From Alphaproteobacteria bacterium (GTDB lineage Bacteria > Pseudomonadota > Alphaproteobacteria > Bin95): 64,000 nt of DNA. The position numbers were made by a program, and so were the translations under genes. The DNA lies in contig CBDBIS010000001.1 of NCBI GenBank assembly GCA_965206075.1, positions 12,928 to 76,927 of the forward strand, written 5' to 3'. The notes below the pieces were generated by a model. It was not told the DNA's origin. It was given only the letters and a program-made list of their open reading frames with translations, and did not search any database. The first letter of the stretch is position 1; every line of letters starts with the position of its first letter. Shown piece after piece: positions 18,632 to 28,374 of this stretch.

Positions 18632-19347
18632 GGCGCGGCCGTGGATGGCAGCGGTTCGTGTCCGCACAGCCGGTCGGCGCGGTCGGTCAGGCTGTCCAGC
18701 GCTTCCTTGAGGCGCGGGAGGGCGTCATCGTCCGAAACCGGCAGTGCCTCGCCGATAAGATAGACACCCCGGTTGACGGGAAGCGGTACCAACAGCCGGT
18801 CCCAGCTCCCGAGCAGGATGCGCCGGCGCACCGACCAGGACACCGGCAGGATGCGCACGCGCGTGAGCCTGGCCAGCGCCGCGGCGCCCGGATGCGGCAC
18901 GCCGCGCGGCCCGCGCGGCCCGTCGGGGGTGATCGCTACGATGTCGCCCGCGCGCACCAGGCGGACCAGCCGGCGCAGCGCCGGCGCCCCGCCGCGCTCC
19001 GTCGAGCCGGACACGGTATGCAGGCCGAAGCCTTCCGCGATAGCGCCGCCGATCTGGCCGTCGCGATGCGCCGAAATGAGCACATGGGTGCGGTTGGGCC
19101 ACGGCCAGTCCACAGGGAACAGCATCAGCCTGCCGTGCCAGAAGCACACCACGGCGCTGCCGTCTTCCTCCAGTGCCGTTTCCAGATGCTCGCGCCCTTC
19201 GACGCGCCAGCGCGTGGTGGCGGCCACCAGCCGGACATAGGCGACCAGCAGCCGCTTCGCGAGCCGCTGTGTCGCAGGGTGCCGCAACAGCCGCCTGCCG
19301 AGGCGTCTAGGCAATGCGGCGGCCCGCTTCGACGAACTGGAGCGCAT
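18628..19347 (-). CDS. DUF374 family lysophospholipid-acyltransferase-like protein (lipid A cluster)
   Basis: The conserved DUF374 partner in msbA-waaA-lpxK clusters. Confidence 0.72.
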   Translation of the reverse strand: MRSSSSKRAAALPRRLGRRLLRHPATQRLAKRLLVAYVRLVAATTRWRVEGREHLETALEEDGSAVVCFWHGRLMLFPVDWPWPNRTHVLISAHRDGQIGGAIAEGFGLHTVSGSTERGGAPALRRLVRLVRAGDIVAITPDGPRGPRGVPHPGAAALARLTRVRILPVSWSVRRRILLGSWDRLLVPLPVNRGVYLIGEALPVSDDDALPRLKEALDSLTDRADRLCGHEPLPSTAAP

Positions 19348-21076
19348 GCAGGCGCGCATAGGCGCCGCTTTGCGCCAGCAGCACCCCATGCGCGCCCGAC
19401 TCGATAACCCGGCCCTTGTCGATGACATGGATGACATCGGCATTTGCAACGGTGGAGAGGCGGTGTGCGATGACTACGGTGGTGCGCCCCTGCTTCAGGC
19501 GCTCCAGCGCAGCCTGCACCAGCCGTTCGGTTTCGGTGTCGAGCGCGGAGGTCGCCTCGTCCAGCAGCAGGATCGGCGCATCCTTCAGCATGGCGCGCGC
19601 AATGGCGATGCGTTGGCGCTGGCCGCCCGAAAGCCGGACGCCGAACTCGCCGACCCGCGTCCCGTAGCCCTCCGGCATTGTCTCGATGAAATCGTGCGCG
19701 CCCGCATTGCGCGCGGCTGCCTCGATTTCCTCCTCCGACGCGCCCGGCCGTCCGCAGGCGATATTGGCGTGGATGCTGTCGTCGAACAGCGACACCTCCT
19801 GGCTCACCAGCGCAATTTTGTCCCTAAGCGAAGCCAGCGTGACGCCGCGCAGATCCTGCCCGTCTATGGCGACCCGGCCGGATTCGACATCGTAGAAGCG
19901 TGGGATGAGGTTGAGGACCGTGGTCTTGCCGGCCCCGGAAGCCCCGACCAGCGCCGAGGTGCGGCCGGCCGGGAACGTAAGCGACAGGCCGGAGAGCGCC
20001 GCCGGTCCGCCCGAATAGGAGAAGGACACGTCTTCGAAGGCGATCTCGCCCCGGCCGACGCAGAGCGGGGCAGCGTCCGGCGCATCGATGATTTCAGGCT
20101 TCCGGTCCAGCAGTTCGAAGCAGCGCTGCGCGCCGACCAGCCCCTGCTGGATGGCGGCATTGACGCTGACAAGGTGCTTGACCGGCCGGTAGGCGACCAG
20201 GAAGGCGGTGAGGAACGCGACGATGGTTCCCGGCGTGATGTTGCCGGAGGCGACCTGCCCGCCGCCGTAAAAGATGACGGCCGCAATGGCAACGGCGCCC
20301 AGAAACTCCATAATCGGGCGGGAGATCGCCTGCACGCGCACGGTCTTGATCGTCAGGCGGCGGATGCGATCGATCGCGGCGTCGGCCTCTCTTTGCTCGC
20401 GTTCCTCCAGCCGGTAGGCCTTGACGTGGCGAATGCCGGTGAGGGTCTGTTCGAGCGTGGCGGTGAATTCGCCCCAGCTTGTCTGCGCGGAGCTCGTGAT
20501 CCGGCGAATGCGCCGGCCGATGCGCAGGACCAGGATCAGCGTCGTCGGGAACACGAACAGCACGATGAGTGTTAGAAGCCAGTCCTGGTAGAACAGCACG
20601 CCCAGCACGAAGACGATGGTGAGGCTGTCCCTGCCCAGCGTGAGCAGGGTTGTGGACAGCGCCTGGCGCATCAGGTTCACGTCGTTGGTGAAGCGCGAGA
20701 TGAGCGCGCCGGTGCGGCTGTTGTCGAAAAACACCAGGTCGGCATGGACAAGATGGCCGAACATGGCGGATTGGAACGAGGCGACCACGCCTTGGCCGAC
20801 CCTCGCGAGTATGACGGCCGAGAAATAGGCCGAGAAGCCTTGCACCAGGCCCAGCGCGAAGATCGTGAGCGACACGAAAACGATCAGAGCTTCGTTTCCG
20901 GCGACGAGAACCTCATCGACCAGCTCCTGCACCACGCGGATGTATCCGGCCTGCGCGGCGGCGCTCAGCGCCATCGCCAGCGCCGCCAGGCGGAGCGAAG
21001 GCAGGCTGGCGCGGATATGGCCTCGCCAGAGGCGGCCGATCAGTGCGCGAACGGGAAGATCCTGGGGCGAGTCCAT
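19307..21076 (-). CDS. msbA: Lipid A export ABC transporter (permease/ATPase fusion)
   Basis: Six-TM domain plus NBD with Walker A GASGAGKTT, LSGGQRQR signature and Walker B LLLDEATSALD. Confidence 0.9.
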   Translation of the reverse strand: MDSPQDLPVRALIGRLWRGHIRASLPSLRLAALAMALSAAAQAGYIRVVQELVDEVLVAGNEALIVFVSLTIFALGLVQGFSAYFSAVILARVGQGVVASFQSAMFGHLVHADLVFFDNSRTGALISRFTNDVNLMRQALSTTLLTLGRDSLTIVFVLGVLFYQDWLLTLIVLFVFPTTLILVLRIGRRIRRITSSAQTSWGEFTATLEQTLTGIRHVKAYRLEEREQREADAAIDRIRRLTIKTVRVQAISRPIMEFLGAVAIAAVIFYGGGQVASGNITPGTIVAFLTAFLVAYRPVKHLVSVNAAIQQGLVGAQRCFELLDRKPEIIDAPDAAPLCVGRGEIAFEDVSFSYSGGPAALSGLSLTFPAGRTSALVGASGAGKTTVLNLIPRFYDVESGRVAIDGQDLRGVTLASLRDKIALVSQEVSLFDDSIHANIACGRPGASEEEIEAAARNAGAHDFIETMPEGYGTRVGEFGVRLSGGQRQRIAIARAMLKDAPILLLDEATSALDTETERLVQAALERLKQGRTTVVIAHRLSTVANADVIHVIDKGRVIESGAHGVLLAQSGAYARLHALQFVEAGRRIA

Positions 21077-21227
21077 AAGGTCCGCTTCATACCACGGGCG
21101 GACGCCGGGCGGGAGCGCCTATGCGCGTCCGGACGGGACAGTTGCTTGTCTCGCGGGAGCCGGCGTAAAGTCGCCGAGGCTAAAGCAGGGTCCGGGGACC
21201 GGGCCTTCCATCGGGAGGATGCAAGAC

Positions 21228-22400
21228 ATGAAACGTTCGCTTCTTGTTGCGACAGCGGCGGCAGCAATGCTGACCGCGGGCGCCGTGCAGGCCGACGAGA
21301 TCAGGATCGGGGTGCTCTACCCGATCGCCGGGACGGGAGCCGTTTACGGCGAGCCGGCAATGCACGGCCACAATATGGCCGTGGATGAACTCAATGCCGC
21401 AGGCGGTATCCTCGGCAAGAAGATCGTGAGCTTCGCCCGCGACACCAAGCTGAAGCCGGCTGCCGCTTCGGCCGCCGCCAAGGAGCTGATTACCAAGGAC
21501 GGCGTGAATGTGCTGGTCGGCGGGCTCTCTTCGGCCGTCGGCCTTGCAATCTCGGAGGTCGCGCGCCAGGAGGGGGTCGTCTATGTCGCGACGATCCCGA
21601 AGACGATCAAGCTCACCACCGAGAAGCGCCACGCCCACGTGTTCCGCACGGCCTCGCATACGGATTTCGAGGGCGATGCGATGGGCCAGATCGTGGCCAA
21701 GCTCGGCCTGAAGAAGATCTGCGACATCCAGCTCGACTATGCCTACGGCCACGACCTTGCCGCCGGCATCGAGAAAGGGCTGAAGCGCCATGCACCGGAC
21801 GCCGAGAAGGTGCTCGACCTGCGCGTCAAGCTCGGCGCGACGGACTACAACGCCTTCATCTCCCAGATCATGGGCGCGGGCTGCGACGGCGTGACGAGCG
21901 GACTCTGGGGCTCCCACTTCGTCAATTTCGCCCAGCAGGGCAGCCCGTTCGGCCTCTTCAACCAGATCACCTACATCTCGGGCGGCGAGATCGCGAGCCA
22001 TGAGATCGCCGGCAAGATGAAGGGCGACTATCCGGACAATGTGTGGTCCAACACCTACGAACTCTGGTACCACCACCACGATCCGAGCCATGTCGCCTTC
22101 CAGGAGGCGCTGGCGGAACGCTCCGGCACCAAGGAAACGGCCATGTGGCCGGTGCTCGCCTATATCGGCGTGAAGTTCATCGCGGCCGCCGCCGAGAAGG
22201 CGGGCTCGATGGACGCGGACGCGCTCGCCGGCGCGCTGAAGGGCATGAGCATCTCGACGCCCGTCGGCCCGCGCACCATCGATCCCGAGACGCACCAGGC
22301 CGACACCGGCCAGTTCTGGGGCCCGATGGTCAAGAAGGAAGGCGTGGACTACCGCGTGATGGACCCCGTGACCTTCATTCCGGCGGTCATCGAAGACTAG
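21228..22400 (+). CDS. Branched-chain amino acid/amide-type ABC transporter substrate-binding protein
   Basis: Type-I PBP (LivK family) with signal peptide. GGGAGG RBS 9 nt upstream of MKRSLLV. Confidence 0.87.
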   Translation: MKRSLLVATAAAAMLTAGAVQADEIRIGVLYPIAGTGAVYGEPAMHGHNMAVDELNAAGGILGKKIVSFARDTKLKPAAASAAAKELITKDGVNVLVGGLSSAVGLAISEVARQEGVVYVATIPKTIKLTTEKRHAHVFRTASHTDFEGDAMGQIVAKLGLKKICDIQLDYAYGHDLAAGIEKGLKRHAPDAEKVLDLRVKLGATDYNAFISQIMGAGCDGVTSGLWGSHFVNFAQQGSPFGLFNQITYISGGEIASHEIAGKMKGDYPDNVWSNTYELWYHHHDPSHVAFQEALAERSGTKETAMWPVLAYIGVKFIAAAAEKAGSMDADALAGALKGMSISTPVGPRTIDPETHQADTGQFWGPMVKKEGVDYRVMDPVTFIPAVIED

Positions 22401-22477
22401 CGGCGCACAAGGAACGCGGCCGGCCGCGCGGCCGGCCGCATTTCTCACTTTCCCGACACCGCTGACGGAGCCCGTCC

Positions 22478-23422
22478 GTGGACTCCCTGATCCAGTTCGC
22501 GCAGCAGGACCTGGGCAATCCGGGGCTGGCGGCTCTGCTGTCCAACCCCTCCTTCGCCTTCATCCAGCTGATGAATTCCTTCTCGCAGGCGATGAACCTG
22601 TTCATCATCGCTGCGGGCCTGTCGCTGATCTTCGGCGTGTTGCGCGTCATCAACTTCGCGCACGGCGCCTTCTACATGTTCGGCGCCTATATCGTTTATT
22701 CCGTAGCCCAGGAATGGACCGGCAATTTCTGGCTGGGCGTCGCCGCCGCCGGACTCGGGCTCGCGGTCATTGCGGTCGTCATCGAGCGCGGGCTCTTCCA
22801 GTATATCTACGACAAGGAGCATCTCATGCAGCTGCTCCTGACCTTCGCCGTCGTGCTGATCCTCTCCGACGTCGCCAAGATTATCTGGGGAACCGACCAG
22901 TACAGCGTCTCCTACCCGGCGGGCATGAAGGGCGCCGTCGACCTGGGCGTCACCTTCTATCCCACCTACCGGCTGTTCCTGATCGTGGTCGGCCCTGCCA
23001 TCGCCATCGGGCTCTGGCTGTTCACCGAGCGCACGCGCTTCGGGCGGCTCACGCGCGCCGCGACGCAGGACCGCGAAATGCTCTCCGCCCTCGGCGTCAA
23101 TGTGCCGATTATCTACACGGGCGTCTTCATCCTGGGCTCGGTGCTCGCGGGCATCGGCGGCGGGCTCGCCGCGCCCTTCAACTCTCCGACGCCCGGCATG
23201 GACGCAACGATCATCGTGGACTGCTTCGTCATCGTCATCGTCGGCGGCCTCGGCTCGATCTGGGGCAGCTTCATCGGCGCCATCATTTACGGGCTCGTCT
23301 TCAACTACGGCTCGGTGATCGTGCCCAACTGGCAGGACGTGTTTCCCTTCCTGATCTTGCTCGCGGTGCTGCTCATCCGGCCGTGGGGCCTCTTCGGCAG
23401 GCCCGAGGGAGGCAACGCCTGA
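22478..23422 (+). CDS. Branched-chain amino acid ABC transporter permease (LivH-like)
   Basis: LivH-family permease sequence. Confidence 0.9.
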   Translation: MDSLIQFAQQDLGNPGLAALLSNPSFAFIQLMNSFSQAMNLFIIAAGLSLIFGVLRVINFAHGAFYMFGAYIVYSVAQEWTGNFWLGVAAAGLGLAVIAVVIERGLFQYIYDKEHLMQLLLTFAVVLILSDVAKIIWGTDQYSVSYPAGMKGAVDLGVTFYPTYRLFLIVVGPAIAIGLWLFTERTRFGRLTRAATQDREMLSALGVNVPIIYTGVFILGSVLAGIGGGLAAPFNSPTPGMDATIIVDCFVIVIVGGLGSIWGSFIGAIIYGLVFNYGSVIVPNWQDVFPFLILLAVLLIRPWGLFGRPEGGNA

Positions 23423-23423
23423 T

Positions 23424-24365
23424 ATGACCGGCCGCATGACCCGCCCGGTGCTGGCCGCCTGCCTCGCAGTGCTCGTGCTGCTGGCGCTGGTGCCGTTGCT
23501 GGAATCGAACTACCTGATCGACCTCTTCAACGAGATCATGATCTACGCGCTCTTCGCGCTCAGTCTGAATGTCATCATCGGCTATTCGGGCAATGTCTCC
23601 TTCGGGCACGCCGCCTATTTCGCCATCGGCGGCTACACCATGGCGATCCTGCTCACCACCTACGAGTGGCCGCTGCTGCCGGCGTTCGCCGCCGCGGTTG
23701 CGTTTTCGTTCGTCGCCTCCGGCGTCGTCGCCTATTTCTGCACGCGGCTGACCGACATCTATTTCGCCATGCTGACGCTTGCCTTCTCCATGCTGGTCTG
23801 GGGAGTCGCCTTCAAGTGGCGCTCGATGACGGGCGGCGACGACGGCTTCGTCGGCGTGGACGTGCCGGCCTTCATCGCCGAGCGGGTGCCGTTCTACTAT
23901 TTTTCGCTGGTCGTGATCGCCATAGCGGTGGCGGTGCTTTGGGTTATTTGCCATTCAGCTTTCGGGCGCGCGCTGCTGGCGGTGCGCGAGAATCCGATCC
24001 GCGCGGGCTTCGTCGGCATCAACACGCGGCTAATGCGCTGGTGGGCGTTCGCGGTGGCGGGCACGTTCGCCGGAATAGCGGGCGCGCTGTTCGCCATGGT
24101 GCATCGGGGCATGTACACGGAATCGGCGTTCTGGCCCGAGAGCGCGACCGTGCTCATCATGACGCTGCTCGGCGGCATGTATTCCTTCTTCGGCCCGGCG
24201 ATCGGCGCGGCGAGCCTCTTCCTGCTGGAACGGCTCACCAACGAGTACACCGAATACTGGCCGCTCGTGCTGGGCGCGATCCTGGTGGCGATCCTGATGT
24301 TCCTTCCGGAGGGGCTGGCGGGGCTGGCGCAGGCGGTCCGCCGCCAGATATTGCGGGGGCGATGA
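23424..24365 (+). CDS. Branched-chain amino acid ABC transporter permease (LivM-like)
   Basis: LivM-family permease sequence. Confidence 0.9.
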   Translation: MTGRMTRPVLAACLAVLVLLALVPLLESNYLIDLFNEIMIYALFALSLNVIIGYSGNVSFGHAAYFAIGGYTMAILLTTYEWPLLPAFAAAVAFSFVASGVVAYFCTRLTDIYFAMLTLAFSMLVWGVAFKWRSMTGGDDGFVGVDVPAFIAERVPFYYFSLVVIAIAVAVLWVICHSAFGRALLAVRENPIRAGFVGINTRLMRWWAFAVAGTFAGIAGALFAMVHRGMYTESAFWPESATVLIMTLLGGMYSFFGPAIGAASLFLLERLTNEYTEYWPLVLGAILVAILMFLPEGLAGLAQAVRRQILRGR

Positions 24366-24369
24366 GGCC

Positions 24370-25125
24370 ATGCTGAAGATCGAGGGCCTCTTCAAGCAGT
24401 TCGGCGGGTTCGTCGCCATAAACGATGTCTCCTTCGAGCTCATCGAGGGCGAGAAGCACGCCATCATCGGCCCGAACGGCGCCGGCAAGACCACCTTCTT
24501 CAACCTGGTGACCGGGCATTTGCTGCCGGACCGGGGCACCGTCGCCTTCCGGGGAGACGACATCACCGGCCGGCCGCCGCACCGCATCGTCAAGCTCGGC
24601 CTCGCGCGCTCCTTCCAGCGGATCAACATCTACCCGCGCATGTCGGTATTCGAGAATGTCCAGGTCGCTCTGATCGCCCGCGAGCGCCAGGAGTTGCGCT
24701 TCTTCCGGCTCGCCGCCGGCCTCTGCGGCCCGGAAACGAGCGGGCTGCTGGAGCTGGTCGGGCTGGACGAAGAGGCGGACGAACTCGCCGGCGAACTCGC
24801 TTACGGCAAGCAAAAGCAGTTGGAGCTCGCCATTGCGCTTGCCGAAAACCCGACCGTGCTGCTGCTCGATGAGCCGACCGCCGGCATGTCGCCGAGCGAG
24901 ACCGAGGAAGCGATCCGGCTGATCCACGAAATCGCCGACGCGCGGGGGCTGACGCTGCTGTTCACCGAGCACGACATGACGGTCGTGTTCGGCATCGCCG
25001 ACCGGATCACCGTGCTCCACCACGGCGAGATCATCGCGTCGGGAGCGCCGGAGGCCGTGCGCAGCGACCCGATGGTCCGGCAGGTCTATCTCGGCGAGGA
25101 GGAGGGGGCGGATGGCGCAGCTTGA
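24370..25125 (+). CDS. ABC transporter ATP-binding protein (LivG-like)
   Basis: Walker A GPNGAGKTT, signature and Walker B motifs. Confidence 0.9.
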   Translation: MLKIEGLFKQFGGFVAINDVSFELIEGEKHAIIGPNGAGKTTFFNLVTGHLLPDRGTVAFRGDDITGRPPHRIVKLGLARSFQRINIYPRMSVFENVQVALIARERQELRFFRLAAGLCGPETSGLLELVGLDEEADELAGELAYGKQKQLELAIALAENPTVLLLDEPTAGMSPSETEEAIRLIHEIADARGLTLLFTEHDMTVVFGIADRITVLHHGEIIASGAPEAVRSDPMVRQVYLGEEEGADGAA

Positions 25126-25819
25126 AGCCCGGAACCTGCACACCTCCTACGGCCTGTCGCGGGTGCTGTTCGGCGTCTCCTTCGAGGTCGAGCAGGGCTC
25201 CTGCATCGCGCTGATCGGGCGCAACGGCGTCGGCAAGACCACCACCATGCGCTCGCTGATCGGGCTCACGCCGCCGTCCGAGGGCGAGGTGGTCTGGGAA
25301 GGGCGGCAGATCGCCGGGCTCGCCCCGCATGCCGTCGCCAAGCTCGGCATCGGCTTCGTGCCGGAGGACCGGCGCATCTTCCCGGAGCTCACGGTCTGGG
25401 AGAATCTCGATATCGCGCGCCGGCCAGCGGAACCCGGCCGGCAGGCGTGGGGAGAGGACGAGGTGTTCGACCTCTTCCCGGACCTGAAGGATATCCAGTC
25501 GCGGGCCGGCGGCGTGCTGTCCGGCGGCCAGCAGCAGATGCTGACCATCGCCCGCTCGCTGATGGGCAATCCGAGGCTGCTGCTGCTCGACGAGCCGTCG
25601 GAGGGCCTGGCGCCGCGCGTGGTGGAGACGCTCCGCGAGCGCGTGCGCACGCTCAAGGAAAGCGGCCTGTCCATCGTGCTGGCAGAGCAGAATCTCCGCT
25701 TCGTGCTGGCGCTTTCCGACACATGCCATATCATGGAGAAGGGCGAGATCGTCTATTCCGGCACGCCGGACCATTTGCGGGAGAACCGCGATGTGCTCGA
25801 CCGGTATCTGACGCTGTGA
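25112..25819 (+). CDS. ABC transporter ATP-binding protein (LivF-like)
   Basis: Walker A GRNGVGKTT, LSGGQQQM signature, LLLDEPSEG. Confidence 0.9.
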   Translation: MAQLEARNLHTSYGLSRVLFGVSFEVEQGSCIALIGRNGVGKTTTMRSLIGLTPPSEGEVVWEGRQIAGLAPHAVAKLGIGFVPEDRRIFPELTVWENLDIARRPAEPGRQAWGEDEVFDLFPDLKDIQSRAGGVLSGGQQQMLTIARSLMGNPRLLLLDEPSEGLAPRVVETLRERVRTLKESGLSIVLAEQNLRFVLALSDTCHIMEKGEIVYSGTPDHLRENRDVLDRYLTL

Positions 25820-26610
25820 GGGAAGCGGAGACCTTTCGCGAGGAGGGCGTCGTCGCTGTGCGCGGCGTGCTCGACGCAGCATGGCTCGACCGGCTGGCCG
25901 AGGCGGTGGCCGCCAACATGGCCGCGCCCGGGCCTTACGGGCGCGACCATGCCGAAGAGGGGCAGGGCAGCTATTTCGGCGACTATGTGAACTGGAGGCG
26001 CTTCCCGGCCTATCTTGAGATCGGCCGCGAAGGACCGCTCGGGCGCCTCGCCGCAGAGCTGACCGGCGCTTCGCGGGTCCAGTTCTTCCATGAGCATGTG
26101 CTGGTGAAGGAACCCGGGACTTCGCAGCCGACGCCCTGGCACCAGGACATGCCCTATTACTGCATGTCCGGGGCGATGACGGTGAGCTTCTGGGTGCCGC
26201 TCGACCCCGTGCGGGCAGAGGTCTGTCCGCATTTCCTGGCCGGCAGCCACCGCTCGCGCACCGCCTGGCTGCCGCGCCGCTTCAAGACCATGGCGGCGCT
26301 GGAAGGCGACACCAGCGAATACGAGCCCTTCCCGGAGATCGACGAGGCGGCGCAGGCGGCGGACATTCGCGCCTTCGACCTGGAGCCCGGCGATGCGGTC
26401 GCCTTCGACTTCCACACACTGCACAACGCCCCGCCCAACCGCGCGGCGACGCGCAGACGCGCCGTCAGCCTGCGCTATGTCGGCGAGGACGCCCGCTATC
26501 TGGAACGCCCCCACGCCGTCTCTCCGCCCTTCCCCGATCTCGGCCTCCGCGCCGAGCCGGGCGAGCCGCTGCCGGAAGACTGGTTTCCCGTCGTCTGGGA
26601 GCGGGGCTGA
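25816..26610 (+). CDS. Phytanoyl-CoA dioxygenase (PhyH) family Fe(II)/2OG oxygenase
   Basis: PhyH-family sequence (WHQDMPYY...). Putative GTG start overlapping the livF stop (GTGA), so the start is uncertain. Confidence 0.7.
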   Translation: MREAETFREEGVVAVRGVLDAAWLDRLAEAVAANMAAPGPYGRDHAEEGQGSYFGDYVNWRRFPAYLEIGREGPLGRLAAELTGASRVQFFHEHVLVKEPGTSQPTPWHQDMPYYCMSGAMTVSFWVPLDPVRAEVCPHFLAGSHRSRTAWLPRRFKTMAALEGDTSEYEPFPEIDEAAQAADIRAFDLEPGDAVAFDFHTLHNAPPNRAATRRRAVSLRYVGEDARYLERPHAVSPPFPDLGLRAEPGEPLPEDWFPVVWERG

Positions 26611-26655
26611 GGAAAGTCGCCGTCCCCGCGGGACCTCGGGAGAGGACAGACGGTC

Positions 26656-27606
26656 ATGCCGATTTCGGAGGAGAGCAGGGGCGTCTTCGTCATTATGGCG
26701 ACTCCGTTCGCCGATGACGGGGCGCTCGACCTCGATAGCGCCGACCGGCTGGTCGAGTTCTACCTGGAGGAGGGCGTTCACGGCTTCACCTTGCTCGGCG
26801 TCATGGGCGAGGCGCCGAAGCTTTCGCTGGAGGAGCAGGCCGCGTTCACGGACCATGTGCTGAAACGGATCGACGGGCGGGTCCCGGTCATCGTCGGGGT
26901 CAGCAATCCCGGCATGGACAATCTGGCGGCGCTGTCGAAGAGCGCGATGGACCTGGGCGCGGGCGGCGTGATGGTCGCCGGCATGCCGGGGCTCAAGACC
27001 GACGAGCAGGTCGAGACCTACTTCCGTGCGGTCGGCGAGCGGCTCGGCGAAGAGGTGCCGATCTGCCTGCAGGACTACCCGCCGACGACCACGGTGTTCC
27101 TGTCGGTCCCGGTCGTGAACCGGCTGATCGGGGCGCTCCCCCAGCTCAGGATGTTCAAGCACGAGGACTGCCCCGGCCACCGCAAGCTGACCCGCCTCCG
27201 GGAAGCCCCGGAAACGGATGGCGTGCGGCGGGTGAGCATATTGACCGGCAATAACGGACTCTATGTGCCGCAGGAGCTCGCGCGGGGCGCCGACGGCATC
27301 ATGACCGGCTTTGCCTTCACGGGCATGCTGGTGGAAGTCTTCGACCTGTTCGAGGACGGCAGGGCGGAAGAGGCCGAGGACCTGTTCGACCTCTATCTGC
27401 CGGTGTTGAGGCATGAGGCGCAATTCGGCTTCGGGCTGGCGCTCCGCAAGGAGGTGCTGCGCCGCCGGGGCGCCATCGCCTCCGCCAGGGCCCGCGCCCC
27501 GGGCCCGAGCATGGACGCGAGGGACCACGCCGAACTGGACGCCCTCCTCGACCGCCTCAGGGCCAAGCTCGCCGCGACAGGCCGCCCGCTCCCCGCCGGC
27601 CTTTAG
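26656..27606 (+). CDS. Dihydrodipicolinate synthase family protein
   Basis: DapA-family TIM barrel (TPFADDGALD..., active-site Lys region MFKHEDCPG). Confidence 0.8.
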   Translation: MPISEESRGVFVIMATPFADDGALDLDSADRLVEFYLEEGVHGFTLLGVMGEAPKLSLEEQAAFTDHVLKRIDGRVPVIVGVSNPGMDNLAALSKSAMDLGAGGVMVAGMPGLKTDEQVETYFRAVGERLGEEVPICLQDYPPTTTVFLSVPVVNRLIGALPQLRMFKHEDCPGHRKLTRLREAPETDGVRRVSILTGNNGLYVPQELARGADGIMTGFAFTGMLVEVFDLFEDGRAEEAEDLFDLYLPVLRHEAQFGFGLALRKEVLRRRGAIASARARAPGPSMDARDHAELDALLDRLRAKLAATGRPLPAGL

Positions 27607-27672
27607 TCTTCGAGAGCGGGGAAGTCCGAATCCGGGTGGATCGTTGGCGACCGAGGCAGTAGGCCTGCATCC

Positions 27673-28374
27673 ATGAGCAGGGAAATCGACAATCTCGACT
27701 GGCCGGGGCTCGGGGCCGGCCTGCTGGAATGCGGCCATGCGCGGGCGGCGGGCGTGCTGTCCCCGGACGCATGCGCCGCGTTCCAAGCCTTCTGGGAGCG
27801 GGACGAGATGTTCCGGCGGCGCATCGTCATGGCGCGGCATGGCTACGGTGAGGGCGCCTACGCCTATTTCGCCGACCCGCTGCCGGAGGCGGTACGGGCG
27901 CTGCGCGAGGGCCTCTACCGCCGTCTTGCGCCGCTCGCCAACGAGGCCATGGCCCGGCTCGGCAGGGAGACCCGCTATCCGCCGGGCCATGCCGCCTACC
28001 GGGACGTGTGCCATGCGGCGGGGCAGACGAAGCCGACGCCGCTCATGCTGCGCTACGGGGAAGGAGGCTATAACCGCCTGCATCGCGACCTCTACGGGGA
28101 CCTCGCCTTTCCGTTCCAGGCCGTATTCCTGTTGTCCGAACCCGGAACCGACTTCACCGGCGGGGAGTTCCTGCTGGTCGAGAACCGGATGCGTATGCAG
28201 GCGATGGGCGAGGCGGTGCCGCTGGGGCAGGGGGACATGGTCGTCTTTGCCGTGCGGGACAGACCGGTTGCCGGCAGGCGTGGTTATGTCCGGGCCGAGA
28301 TGCGCCATGGCGTGTCGCGGGTCCGTTCCGGCGAGCGGTTCACGCTCGGCATCATCTTCCACGACGCGGCTTAG
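27673..28374 (+). CDS. 2OG-Fe(II) oxygenase family protein
   Basis: HxD...H jelly-roll region (NRLHRDLYGD...). ~233 aa. Confidence 0.72.
   Translation: MSREIDNLDWPGLGAGLLECGHARAAGVLSPDACAAFQAFWERDEMFRRRIVMARHGYGEGAYAYFADPLPEAVRALREGLYRRLAPLANEAMARLGRETRYPPGHAAYRDVCHAAGQTKPTPLMLRYGEGGYNRLHRDLYGDLAFPFQAVFLLSEPGTDFTGGEFLLVENRMRMQAMGEAVPLGQGDMVVFAVRDRPVAGRRGYVRAEMRHGVSRVRSGERFTLGIIFHDAA

Noticed and set aside
19346-20575. 409-aa ORF on the + strand
   Set aside because: Antisense to msbA.
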